DNA from: a virus
Lineage: Duplodnaviria > Caudoviricetes
Virus record (IMG/VR): IMGVR_UViG_3300042567_001420
Strand: one strand, 5' to 3'
DNA: 64,000 bases
The notes beneath the pieces were generated by a model. The model made no database searches. It had not been told where the DNA came from and was given only the letters and a program-made list of their open reading frames with translations. A program made the translations under genes and the position numbers. Shown piece by piece: positions 18,726 through 28,506 of the stretch. Positions within the stretch are counted from its first letter, which is position 1, and every line of letters begins with the position of its first letter.

Positions 18726-21700
18726 TTATCCGCAATGGTATGAGCAAACAATTTGCTTAACTTCTGTGGGTGATGAGAATGTAACATTTTCTCTTGCCTT
18801 TGCTACAGTATAATTATGTAATAAATCATCATCTTGTTTCATACCTTTACCTGGCATTGATGATGTTGTAATAAAATCTCCTATTTCAATATCACCATTT
18901 TCTCCGCATACATTAACTAAGCCTTCGCCTATGCTATTGATGTATACAAATTTATGCGTATCTATTATAGATTGATAAATTGGATTTAATCTTTCATCCT
19001 TTACAATAGTAGGTGCAACTTCAATGTTAGCGGTATCTCCTATCGAAATATTCTCTATAATTTTTTCATATTCTTCAGCTAATGTATATGGGATATATTT
19101 CTCATATGTATATTCTCGCATAATGCCAAATACTGATTTTTGATTTATTTGTGTTGATTTTGTAACAATACCTACAGCATCACTTATATTTTTTGAAGCA
19201 ACTATACTTACATCAACTAAAATATCTCCTATCTCTACAGCTTCATTTAGTTCTATAAGTCCGTCGTGCGATCCTGTAAATGATACAACTATGCCTGCTC
19301 CTGTAACTATAGTACCTCTAACTACTTTTATAGCATTACCCGTTGCTTCTGCAAGCCTTACTGCTGCAACCTGAGTTCCATTGAAATCGTTTTGAACTGC
19401 AGAAACTGCAACATCCCCATAGTTTCCAAGGAATGCTGAACTGTTTACTGATCCGTTAGGATTATAAGCACCAAAAACACCCGCATTGACTGTCCCACCT
19501 ATGAAACCGTGCGTGTTAAAATTTTGGGGGCCAGCAGAATACGAACCGTAACGCATATTATAGAATGCCCCTGCCGTACCGGATCCTCTATTCGCCATGA
19601 CCAGCCCAGGTTCGGTTGTTGCGCTTGCAGCAATTACCCCAAATTTACCGGCTGAAGTTACTTCAAATGCACCAACTGCACCAAAACCTGCAACATTTGT
19701 TCCTGCGCCAAAGCCAAATGTACCTGATCCTGCAATCGCTGCAGAACTTGCTGTAATTTTATCTGCAGTAATTGCACCTGCTTGAATTTTGTCTGCAGTA
19801 ATTGCACCTACTGCTATCTTGCCTGCAGTAATTTGTAATGCATCAATTTTATCTGTAGTAATTGCGCCAGTTGCAATTTTATCTGCAATCACTGTTCCGT
19901 TTACCAGTATCGACCCATTAAATTGAGCTACAACAGATGTCCATGCCGATCCCGTATATACTTTGGTTTCTGAATAATTTCCTGAATGTAAAGTAACCTC
20001 ATCTGTTCTAATAGGCGATCCTCCTCCTGCAACTGCTATTGCGTTATTTGCAATAACATCGCTCCATGAACTGGCTGCTGCAGATGTTCTAATACTTCCT
20101 CTTGTACCAGGTGCACCATTTGTGCCATTTGTTCCAGGATTTCCCTGTGGGCCTTGTTTTGCCTTAGATAATTTATATATTCTTGTTAAATTAGAATATC
20201 CTGATCTTGATCCAACAATAGTTACTGTTGCGGTATCTGCAGACATTGCAGTAACTGTTATTGTTCTATTGCCGACTCCTGACCGTGTAATGGTACACCC
20301 ACTTGCAGTAGACGCAAATGTCCAATTATTAGTATCTTCTACTAATCCTAGATATACCGCTGCTGTAGTATTAACTCCCGAGAAAGAAGCAACTGTACCT
20401 GAACTATCTGCAGGTAAAGTTCTATTTTCATCGGTTAAATACATTAACGGAGTAGTACTACCGTCATATACTTTATATAAACTAACAACATCTTCGAACG
20501 TTGTTGATCCGTCAACAATTGACGCAGTAATTGTTACTGAGTCAGACAACATATTTGCAAATGTTAATTTTCTAGCATTGGCAGTGGCGCCAGCTGTCAA
20601 AGCAGCTGTTCCAGCTGTAACAGCGAATGTAACCGTACCTGACAATCCAGTTAAGTCTGCAGTTAATGTTATTTCTGGAGTATTAGTAAATGTACCAGTT
20701 CCACTCACTCCAAACCCTGGATGATCATTTCTCAAAGTTAAGAATTGTGCTGTAGCATTGGATGCAAGAGCTTCAAGAGTTGTTGTGCCACCTCCTACAA
20801 TTGCTACTGGTATATTCCCAGAAATAAATCCCGCAGAAACTAAAATATTCCCATTAGCGTCTCTAATAGTTAATCCTCTAGAATCAATTTTATCCGCAGT
20901 TATTGCATTGGCCGCGACTGATACCGCTGTAATTGCATTTGCTGCAATTTGATTTGCTGTAATGCAATTTGCGACCAAGTGATATGTAAACACAGAATTT
21001 GCTGCAATTTCTACAGCAGTAACCGCATTTGCTGCAATTTGATTTGCCGTAATACAATTTGCCTGAATTGCGTCTGCATAAACAGAATTTGCTGCCAATT
21101 GAACTGCTGTAATTGCATTAGCAGCAATTTGAGCAGCCGTGATAGAATTTGTTTGGATTGCATTTGCATAAACGGCATTGGCTGCCAATTGAACTGCTGT
21201 AATGGAATTTGCTGCAATTTTATTTGCTGTAATTACGTTTGCCTGTAATGCCTCAGCATATATAGAATTTGCTGCAATTTGAGTTGCGGTAATTGCATTT
21301 GCTGCAATTTCTACTGCGGTAATTACTCCTGCGCCAATTTTACCCGCAATAATTGCATTAGATGCAATTAAACTTGCAGTTATTGCGTTTGCCTGAATTT
21401 CTGCGGCACTAATAGCAGCCGCGCCAATTTTTCCAGCAGTAATAGCTCCAGCTACAATCATTGACGATGTTATAATATTTGCACTTAAAACAACATTGCC
21501 TGTGCCAGCAATGTAAGTATCATATGAATTCCATCCACCACTTATAAAGATGTATAATTTGTTGTTATAAAATCCTTGGCGACCTTCAAAATCTCTACCA
21601 TCTCCTGGTCCGGTAGCTAGAGAAAAAGTTGTGAATATTTCAACACCGCTAATAGAATTAGCAGTAGGGGTAAAGGCCGCGCCAGGACTTATCCAAGAGT

Positions 21701-22232
21701 TCCCTCCCCAAATATACAACCCACCATCTGTAACATTATATACCGCTTGACCATTTGCAGTACCATTTGCGGTTAAATTAGATACCAACCCCACAGCAAC
21801 ATTTGATGCTGTAGCGTTCGATGTTAATGTATTAAATGCGTTTGTAAAATTAGATAAAGATGTATAATTAACAGTTGCCAAAGCATTATTAAGTGCTCCC
21901 AAATTAACCGGCGCAACATTAGCTAATGCATTTGCAAGAGCTCCTAAATTTGTAGGGCCAATATTTGCTAATTTGCTTGAAAGAATTGCCAAATTAGTTG
22001 TTGAAATATTTGGCCAGCCTTCAAAGTCGCCTCCGCCATAAAAATTAGTAACGTTTGTTACATTACCCCCTCCGCCGCCACCTAAACCATTATAATATGC
22101 TAAATTGGCATACGCATATACGTTTGCAAAATTTTGATTTACTTTTACAAACGCGGTCCGTAGAGGATCACCTTGCCCGTCATTTGCAACGGTGCCTATA
22201 TTTACGTTACTTACAGAATATGTGTTTGACAT
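18726..22232 (-). CDS. Long tail-fibre / receptor-binding protein
   Basis: N-terminal IGTVANDGQGDPLRTAFVKVNQNF anchor; 10-residue ITA.KI/QI repeats; short collagen segment; C-terminal FTGSH chaperone-like domain. Confidence 0.8.
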   Translation of the reverse strand: MSNTYSVSNVNIGTVANDGQGDPLRTAFVKVNQNFANVYAYANLAYYNGLGGGGGGNVTNVTNFYGGGDFEGWPNISTTNLAILSSKLANIGPTNLGALANALANVAPVNLGALNNALATVNYTSLSNFTNAFNTLTSNATASNVAVGLVSNLTANGTANGQAVYNVTDGGLYIWGGNSWISPGAAFTPTANSISGVEIFTTFSLATGPGDGRDFEGRQGFYNNKLYIFISGGWNSYDTYIAGTGNVVLSANIITSSMIVAGAITAGKIGAAAISAAEIQANAITASLIASNAIIAGKIGAGVITAVEIAANAITATQIAANSIYAEALQANVITANKIAANSITAVQLAANAVYANAIQTNSITAAQIAANAITAVQLAANSVYADAIQANCITANQIAANAVTAVEIAANSVFTYHLVANCITANQIAANAITAVSVAANAITADKIDSRGLTIRDANGNILVSAGFISGNIPVAIVGGGTTTLEALASNATAQFLTLRNDHPGFGVSGTGTFTNTPEITLTADLTGLSGTVTFAVTAGTAALTAGATANARKLTFANMLSDSVTITASIVDGSTTFEDVVSLYKVYDGSTTPLMYLTDENRTLPADSSGTVASFSGVNTTAAVYLGLVEDTNNWTFASTASGCTITRSGVGNRTITVTAMSADTATVTIVGSRSGYSNLTRIYKLSKAKQGPQGNPGTNGTNGAPGTRGSIRTSAAASSWSDVIANNAIAVAGGGSPIRTDEVTLHSGNYSETKVYTGSAWTSVVAQFNGSILVNGTVIADKIATGAITTDKIDALQITAGKIAVGAITADKIQAGAITADKITASSAAIAGSGTFGFGAGTNVAGFGAVGAFEVTSAGKFGVIAASATTEPGLVMANRGSGTAGAFYNMRYGSYSAGPQNFNTHGFIGGTVNAGVFGAYNPNGSVNSSAFLGNYGDVAVSAVQNDFNGTQVAAVRLAEATGNAIKVVRGTIVTGAGIVVSFTGSHDGLIELNEAVEIGDILVDVSIVASKNISDAVGIVTKSTQINQKSVFGIMREYTYEKYIPYTLAEEYEKIIENISIGDTANIEVAPTIVKDERLNPIYQSIIDTHKFVYINSIGEGLVNVCGENGDIEIGDFITTSSMPGKGMKQDDDLLHNYTVAKARENVTFSSPTEVKQIVCSYHCG
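19741..19895 (-). repeat. Second block of 10-aa repeats (ITADKIxxGA)
   Basis: VIADKIATGAITTDKIDALQITAGKIAVGAITADKIQAGAITADKITA. Confidence 0.85.
20885..21480 (-). repeat. In-frame degenerate 30-nt (10-aa) tandem repeats with a 90-nt super-period
   Basis: AITAVQLAAN / SVYADAIQAN / CITANQIAAN cycles; recurring tttgctgcaattt on the + strand. Confidence 0.9.
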
Positions 22233-22454
22233 TTATTTTCCCGACTGAGAATTATTTACCAATTGTTGAAGCAATGATTTTATCTCGTTAATTTCCGATT
22301 TCATATTATTTATTTCATCTGAGATGTGTATCATTTTGGTAGTTGTTTCTTTTTTATTTCTATACTCTTTTAACCCAGCAATATCTTGATTAATTAATGC
22401 AAGATTTTCTATGTTTTTTACAAAACTGTTTTCATTTTCTAATTTTACAAACAT
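22233..22454 (-). CDS. Small coiled-coil protein that follows the DUF4815-type structural gene
   Basis: FVKNIENLALIN...INNMKSEINEIKSLLQQL; position typical of T4-like phages. Confidence 0.65.
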   Translation of the reverse strand: MFVKLENENSFVKNIENLALINQDIAGLKEYRNKKETTTKMIHISDEINNMKSEINEIKSLLQQLVNNSQSGK

Positions 22455-22455
22455 T

Positions 22456-24165
22456 TTAAATAACCGCAGTTGCTATTAGATTTTTAATTTTTGGCACAAT
22501 TGTAGTATTTTCTGCATAAAATACAACCTTGACTTGAAACTTGTTAAAGGATGTAAATGTTGTAGCTGCTCCCGCCCCAACATTTGAAGTATATGATAAA
22601 TTAGGAGTACCCGTGGTTACTAAAGAATCTCCTTCTAAAATTTTATAAATTTCAGGAAGAAAATCTGTTTCGGATGAACCTACATATTTTTTACCAATAC
22701 TTCCGGTAATACTACTCTCATTAATTACATTTGCAGTTTGATTAAACAACGGCATTAATCTCCAATTTTTCTTTTCTATTGAAGAATCTATACCAATATC
22801 AGCTGAACTAATTACCCTACAAAAAACATCTATATCTGTACCTGTTTTCCTATTTACATCCAGTTTGACTTCCAACCCAGTAGAATCAAACCCATTTTCC
22901 AAAGTAACAATTTTACTAATATATTTAGATTGCGCAACTCCGTTACTATATTGTAGTTCAGAGTTTCTTGTATCTATTTCAAAGGGGTCAATTAAATTTT
23001 TAAATGAGTACAGTTTAGTTCTTGCTTTATCTATTGCGGGAGATACATCGGTTGAATTATTTGTAAAGGTAACCTGCACTTTACAATCACCTACATTTTC
23101 TGTTACGAATCTATTAATTAATCTAAACGGCGTTTTTTCTTTAAAAGCCAAATAAGATTGTTGAACATTGTCTGACGAACGAGTACCTTTAATTTCATAA
23201 TCTATTTTTGTTAAAGCGCCAAAATTATATTGAGCAGTATCTAAAAATATATTATCAAATTCTGTTCTTGGAATTGCCGCAGTTTGTAATTCAAAACTCT
23301 TTTCTCCTGTTACAAATTTTGCCTTATTAATTTTAAAACACAGGTCAGTATTTGTTTCCTCCAACCATTGATTTGTATTTTGCGATTTAAATAATCTTCC
23401 AGTATATGGTTCTTTACTTACAGTTACACTACTACCTAAAATAGTTTCTCCTAATTTTCCAGCATATAGCGTATAATTTGGGGAATTCGACACTACGGAA
23501 AACGCATATTCTCCAGGAGTTAAATATACCGGGGAAAATGAAAATTTCGTAGATGGCCCGATGCCAGAATTAGGATCATTTGGAACATTTACTTCTGAAG
23601 AATTTTTAACAACTGTGGAGTCTTTTATAACTTCTCCTGCGGACGGTAATCCATTTATAAGTCGTCTTAGTTCTATAGAAACAGGTAATTCGGAATCTTT
23701 TGTTGCAAAAAATAGTTCAAGAGAAGTAATAACAATACCTTGAGTATATCTTTCAGGTACAAAAAATGTTTGAGTAACTGGACTTAGTGTGTTTGTTGCT
23801 TCTTGTATGCCTGAGCTATTTGTAGGAGATACTGCCCTTCCTCCACTTGTTAATTTATTATCAGACCTGGAAGACAAATTAGCAATAGCATAAATAGGGG
23901 GATCAAACCCATCGCGTGTTGTCTCTGAGCTACCAAACGTAATTTGTATATCGCCGGAATATGAAGAAAACCATTTATTTAAAATAAGTTTACCTTTTAA
24001 TCTGCCCGTACCATCTGAGATTAATGGTTCAACAATACCAGAGTTATTTACACACATAAGAGTATGATCTACTCCTGCAACCATCACAGCAATATTTGTA
24101 TAAGGTGGCAAATTGAATACATCAAAATTAACAACAGAAGAGGATAAACGTGTTACATTGTTCAT
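22456..24165 (-). CDS. Virion structural protein, C-terminal part of a VrlC/DUF4815-type protein
   Basis: SPVTQTFFV, ITSLELFFATKD, GEYAFSV, GRLFKSQN..W....DLCFKI, KYISKIVTL. Confidence 0.7.
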   Translation of the reverse strand: MNNVTRLSSSVVNFDVFNLPPYTNIAVMVAGVDHTLMCVNNSGIVEPLISDGTGRLKGKLILNKWFSSYSGDIQITFGSSETTRDGFDPPIYAIANLSSRSDNKLTSGGRAVSPTNSSGIQEATNTLSPVTQTFFVPERYTQGIVITSLELFFATKDSELPVSIELRRLINGLPSAGEVIKDSTVVKNSSEVNVPNDPNSGIGPSTKFSFSPVYLTPGEYAFSVVSNSPNYTLYAGKLGETILGSSVTVSKEPYTGRLFKSQNTNQWLEETNTDLCFKINKAKFVTGEKSFELQTAAIPRTEFDNIFLDTAQYNFGALTKIDYEIKGTRSSDNVQQSYLAFKEKTPFRLINRFVTENVGDCKVQVTFTNNSTDVSPAIDKARTKLYSFKNLIDPFEIDTRNSELQYSNGVAQSKYISKIVTLENGFDSTGLEVKLDVNRKTGTDIDVFCRVISSADIGIDSSIEKKNWRLMPLFNQTANVINESSITGSIGKKYVGSSETDFLPEIYKILEGDSLVTTGTPNLSYTSNVGAGAATTFTSFNKFQVKVVFYAENTTIVPKIKNLIATAVI

Positions 24166-24170
24166 TTTTT

Positions 24171-24842
24171 TTAGTTTAAAAAGTTGTTAGTTAAAAATGC
24201 AGTTTTCAATTTTGCTATATTTTCTTCTGCTAAATCTTGCACGCCTTGCAGGTGTGGGGATAAATCTAAATCGTTTACAGCTACTCCCGTATAATTATTT
24301 AAGTATCCGTTGTTTATTGTGTAGTCTGAAGATGTTGTTATATTAGACGTGACATAAACATTATTTGTATTTAATGTAGTATTAACAAAAGAATCTAGAG
24401 CGGCTATGTTTGCAGAAAATCCAGTAATATTACTATAGAATTTTTTCTCAGGAATCATTACTTGAAAACTATTTGCAACAATTCCATTTGCGGTATTAAA
24501 ATTTGTAGGAATACTTCTAGTAGTATTTTCAATTGCAATTTGATTTACAACATTTCCCGAACTTTTATTAGTAATTGTATCTGCAATTGCTCTGCCAGTT
24601 GCAGTTTCATTTATTTTTAAATCTCTTATAGCATCTGCAGTAGCTATAACATTTATATTTTGCACAGTTAATAATAATCCGTTTGTATTTGAACTGTTGG
24701 TGTTATTCTCATCGTTAAGAATAAGTTTTGCTAAATCTATAGCAGCATCTTTAGATGCTCCTAATCCGGTCACCAGTGAAACTGCAGTGGCAGCCGCGTT
24801 TATGTTTAAAGGTTTAACTAATTGTTTGAAAAAATTTGCCAT
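24171..24842 (-). CDS. Asn/Thr-rich structural protein (middle piece of the split locus)
   Basis: ATG at 24842 preceded by SD AAGGT; ORF-track start at 24878 is a TTG without SD. Confidence 0.55.
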   Translation of the reverse strand: MANFFKQLVKPLNINAAATAVSLVTGLGASKDAAIDLAKLILNDENNTNSSNTNGLLLTVQNINVIATADAIRDLKINETATGRAIADTITNKSSGNVVNQIAIENTTRSIPTNFNTANGIVANSFQVMIPEKKFYSNITGFSANIAALDSFVNTTLNTNNVYVTSNITTSSDYTINNGYLNNYTGVAVNDLDLSPHLQGVQDLAEENIAKLKTAFLTNNFLN

Positions 24843-24894
24843 TTTTACCTTAAAATAATTTATTAAAATTGCGTGCAAGTATCTTTATCATCTC

Positions 24895-27800
24895 TTACTC
24901 GCTTCCACCTGCTGACGCATTGTCAGCATAAAAATCACGATTTGAATATGAAACAGTAGTGACCGTGCCTTTTTCACCAGTAATTGTAGATGTTGCTCCC
25001 GTTACCCCTGATTTTTGATCTTCGTTATTAGATTGTGTTTGTCCTGTTAATTGATTTTCCGGTATAACATTTTCATAAATTAACGATGCAAGATCTCCGC
25101 CACCTGTAATTACTGAAGGATATATAACTGCTCTAGCATTATCCCCAACTACTCCGTCTGGATTAGGATTTGAATTTTTATTACTTGCAATAGTTTGACT
25201 AATAAATTCTTCTTCAGTATAATTCATATAGACCAAATCATTTAAGATTGACACGTCTGGATCTGTAACATAAAACAAATTATGTTCTATTGCTGAAAAC
25301 GCAGGTCGACATTCTTGTCTAGAAGTATCTATAGCTGCGGTAAAGTCCGGACTTCTTACATACCCGGGACCATACCCTGAAAAATTGTCTACAAGTATTC
25401 CTGTTTTATATAATATATTTCCCGTAGATCCATTTCTATCAAAAACTATATTGTTTAACGCAATAATATCTAAACCTTGTTTTTTAACACGTTTTTCTAA
25501 TAATGTCAATTTTTGATCAATTATAGAGATATCTTTCATAGTATAACGCGGGGCATCATTGTATTCTATTAATATATCTTGATAGCTTGCGGTATAAGGC
25601 TCAACGTATAAAGTAGCAATTAATTGTTTAGTACTATCCGTAAAATCTTTAGGAGAAGTTGGATTTAAACTAGGTACACCGGAATCAATACTAAACTTAT
25701 TTTGAATTTTCTTTACACTTGCATCTCTATTATTTAGATATAATCTATCAATTCTACCTAGATAAAATTCAACATCTGCTTCTGTACCCGGAACTTCGGA
25801 TGGATTTGGTTTAATATGAGCATCAAAATAAAATATATTTGATAATCTTCCATCATACCCAGGTTGAACACTAAGAGGAGTGTCATCTTGTCTGCGAATT
25901 CTATAATCTAAACAATCTCTTAAATTAAATTCTGTAGCATCTATTACAGATCTATAAGTAGGGATTTTAGAATATAGATTTGCCGGATAAGATTCTACAT
26001 CTAATGCGCCTGTTCCCGAATGTGTAAAATAATCAAAAGTAATTAATACATTGCCGGGTATACTATCTTGTGTCCCTAAAAATCTAACGGATCCGTGATC
26101 GTACCAATTATCAGTTTGTCCAGTATTTAAACTATAAGACAATAATGATTCTTTTTTGACCTTTTCCCAATATGCAATATTTGTTAATGATTGTCCTGTA
26201 CTTGAGGTATTTGCTCTGTAAATTAAACCATTATATTGAACTAGATTGTTTGTATTATATGCGGTAGAAGAATTATAATTTCCAACATAGGAATTACTAC
26301 CTATTTTAAAAATTCCTTTATACGAATAAACATCTGATTTTAATACTGAATAATCTACTTGAGGAACTTGTATGTTGGCATTAAATGTTTGATTTTCAAC
26401 TAAAGTTTTAGTTCTTCTTGTTAAAGTGTCATTTTCCAAAGTTGCTATTATATCAACAGTGCCAGATAATATAATATTATTAAAATTTATAGTTAATTGT
26501 GTACCGGTTCCATTTAATGTCATTGAAGTATTTTCAAGAGGAACAAAAATATTACCAGAATATCCTCCAGAATATGAGTCTCTGACCACCATAGTATAGT
26601 ATTCTCTTTTTATTGAGGACGGCAATGAGGAACTAAGGGGCCCAACAAATTTATTAGGAGAACTAGTATTTAATGTTATAATTCCAGAAGTACCTAAAAC
26701 ATTAGGAAATAATTGAGAATAAACAACTTTATTTTTTGATACTTTTTTAATATTATTTTTTGGTATTTTAAAAACATTTCTGTTTTCTCCTACCTCATAA
26801 TATCTTAGTCTATTATCAACTAATCCATATGTTGGATGTATATTTGCAAAAAATGTTGGATGATTATATGTACCATTGTTGCCATAATTTATTGTGAATG
26901 GATTTTGAACCCCGATAACAGATCTAATATTATCTGGGGTTAAAGTAGTAGATGCTTGTTCATAATAGTACCAATAAAATCTAAAAGACGAACCTGTTCC
27001 AATTCCAGTTTCATATTGTATGTGTTTTGGGACAACATACCCCACCAGGGTAGAAGCATTCATTGCAGATCTATTAGTTGTATTATGACATTCGTAAAAA
27101 TTCTCACCAGCTAAATCTGCTATTTGCGGCAATCCAAAAGTTGGTGCCTCAATTACAACATAAGTTCCAAAAAAGGTATTTATATTTAACGCTTCTAAGG
27201 TATCAGTTGTTAATGCCTTAGGAATTGAAATTTCAGTTTTCCCGTAAGTTGCAATATCATATCCTCCTACAAATGCTCTGCCGGGGCTAATAAAAAAGTT
27301 CTCACTTAATCCATCTGTAGATGGGCCAGTAGTTTGTAAATTAAAAGGAGATACTAAATAATTTCCAGATTCAGCATATGTTCTTGATGCTAGAGTTTTT
27401 GCAAGTTCAGCATATTTAGAATCCCCTGTAGATTCAATTAAATCTAAATTACCATTTTTATATCTACCTATTTCTATAAATGTTCCAGATATATCAGGTT
27501 TATTATCAGATGTTAAGTCCACCCCATCTAAAATTAATTGCATTTTTAATCTATCAGCACCTGGTGCTAAATAATTTGAACTACCAAATGATGGATCTAA
27601 CAAACTGCTATCATCATTATAATCAATTATAGTTTCGTTGTACCTTAAAATAATAGATTTTGTAGGATATGCTGTATATTTTTGAGGTACAATTTTTTGT
27701 TTAATAGTTTCTATAAAAAATCCATTTTTATAATAGGTTCCTGAACTAGTTCCAAATATCAATGTGGGGCTGGTATTTCTTCGTTTAAATTGTATACTAA

Positions 27801-28494
27801 CATTGGTATCGGTAATTCCTATAATTTGATTAACTTTTATACTTGTATTTGTAATAACTTCAACCACATATAAATCTGAACTTAAACTTGGACCTATTAT
27901 TTGATCTCCTACTTTAATTATACCTGTGGTTGTAGTTAATGTGATTGTATCAGAATATTCATTTAAATTTGCAGTTCCTGTAATAAATGAATCAGAAGCT
28001 GCCGATACTGTTAATGATGTTGCACTTTTTGAATTTGCATCTGTAATTGTATTATAGAACTTTAAAGTTTCTTCAGACTTAAATTCGCTTGTACCTTCTG
28101 TTCTAATTAAAGACATTACAAAAGTTGGAGGATCTCCCACATCTGGATTATCTGCATCAAATACAAAATCTACTTTACCAATAATATTTGAAGTAGTTCC
28201 GGTAACATACTTATTTAAATATACTTGTAAGTTTGCAGTATTTGCGTCTGGTTGCAATTTAACAGCACGGCCATTATCATTAATAGTAACTGCTACAGGA
28301 TCGTCACTTAATATTCTGCTTCCATCTACAAAAATATGATTTGCAAATTTCTTTATCTGATCCTGTAGGATACTTTGAATTTGCGTAAGTTCTCTTGCCT
28401 GTACGGGCGTACCTGGCTTAAAAAGAATTCTATAAAAATTCTTAGTACTATCAAAATCGTCATAATATGGGTTTGTTGTTAAATTTACAGCCAT
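24895..28494 (-). CDS. VrlC/DUF4815-type baseplate/virion structural protein, N-terminal part
   Basis: NPYYDDFDSTKNFYRILFKPGTPVQARELTQIQSILQDQI, APGADRLK, LASRTYAESGNY, YKTGILVDNF. Confidence 0.85.
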   Translation of the reverse strand: MAVNLTTNPYYDDFDSTKNFYRILFKPGTPVQARELTQIQSILQDQIKKFANHIFVDGSRILSDDPVAVTINDNGRAVKLQPDANTANLQVYLNKYVTGTTSNIIGKVDFVFDADNPDVGDPPTFVMSLIRTEGTSEFKSEETLKFYNTITDANSKSATSLTVSAASDSFITGTANLNEYSDTITLTTTTGIIKVGDQIIGPSLSSDLYVVEVITNTSIKVNQIIGITDTNVSIQFKRRNTSPTLIFGTSSGTYYKNGFFIETIKQKIVPQKYTAYPTKSIILRYNETIIDYNDDSSLLDPSFGSSNYLAPGADRLKMQLILDGVDLTSDNKPDISGTFIEIGRYKNGNLDLIESTGDSKYAELAKTLASRTYAESGNYLVSPFNLQTTGPSTDGLSENFFISPGRAFVGGYDIATYGKTEISIPKALTTDTLEALNINTFFGTYVVIEAPTFGLPQIADLAGENFYECHNTTNRSAMNASTLVGYVVPKHIQYETGIGTGSSFRFYWYYYEQASTTLTPDNIRSVIGVQNPFTINYGNNGTYNHPTFFANIHPTYGLVDNRLRYYEVGENRNVFKIPKNNIKKVSKNKVVYSQLFPNVLGTSGIITLNTSSPNKFVGPLSSSLPSSIKREYYTMVVRDSYSGGYSGNIFVPLENTSMTLNGTGTQLTINFNNIILSGTVDIIATLENDTLTRRTKTLVENQTFNANIQVPQVDYSVLKSDVYSYKGIFKIGSNSYVGNYNSSTAYNTNNLVQYNGLIYRANTSSTGQSLTNIAYWEKVKKESLLSYSLNTGQTDNWYDHGSVRFLGTQDSIPGNVLITFDYFTHSGTGALDVESYPANLYSKIPTYRSVIDATEFNLRDCLDYRIRRQDDTPLSVQPGYDGRLSNIFYFDAHIKPNPSEVPGTEADVEFYLGRIDRLYLNNRDASVKKIQNKFSIDSGVPSLNPTSPKDFTDSTKQLIATLYVEPYTASYQDILIEYNDAPRYTMKDISIIDQKLTLLEKRVKKQGLDIIALNNIVFDRNGSTGNILYKTGILVDNFSGYGPGYVRSPDFTAAIDTSRQECRPAFSAIEHNLFYVTDPDVSILNDLVYMNYTEEEFISQTIASNKNSNPNPDGVVGDNARAVIYPSVITGGGDLASLIYENVIPENQLTGQTQSNNEDQKSGVTGATSTITGEKGTVTTVSYSNRDFYADNASAGGSE

Positions 28495-28506
28495 TTTTAT
28501 TTTACC

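Noticed and set aside
20122-20724. 200-aa antisense ORF in the fibre gene
   Set aside because: Mirror of Thr/Ala/Gly-rich codons; the same applies to the other + strand shadow ORFs across the structural block
20885-21480. Regular 30-nt repeats as a CRISPR array or DGR template
   Set aside because: The repeats are degenerate, in frame and protein-coding, with no unique spacers; no reverse transcriptase or adenine-specific TR/VR pair seen
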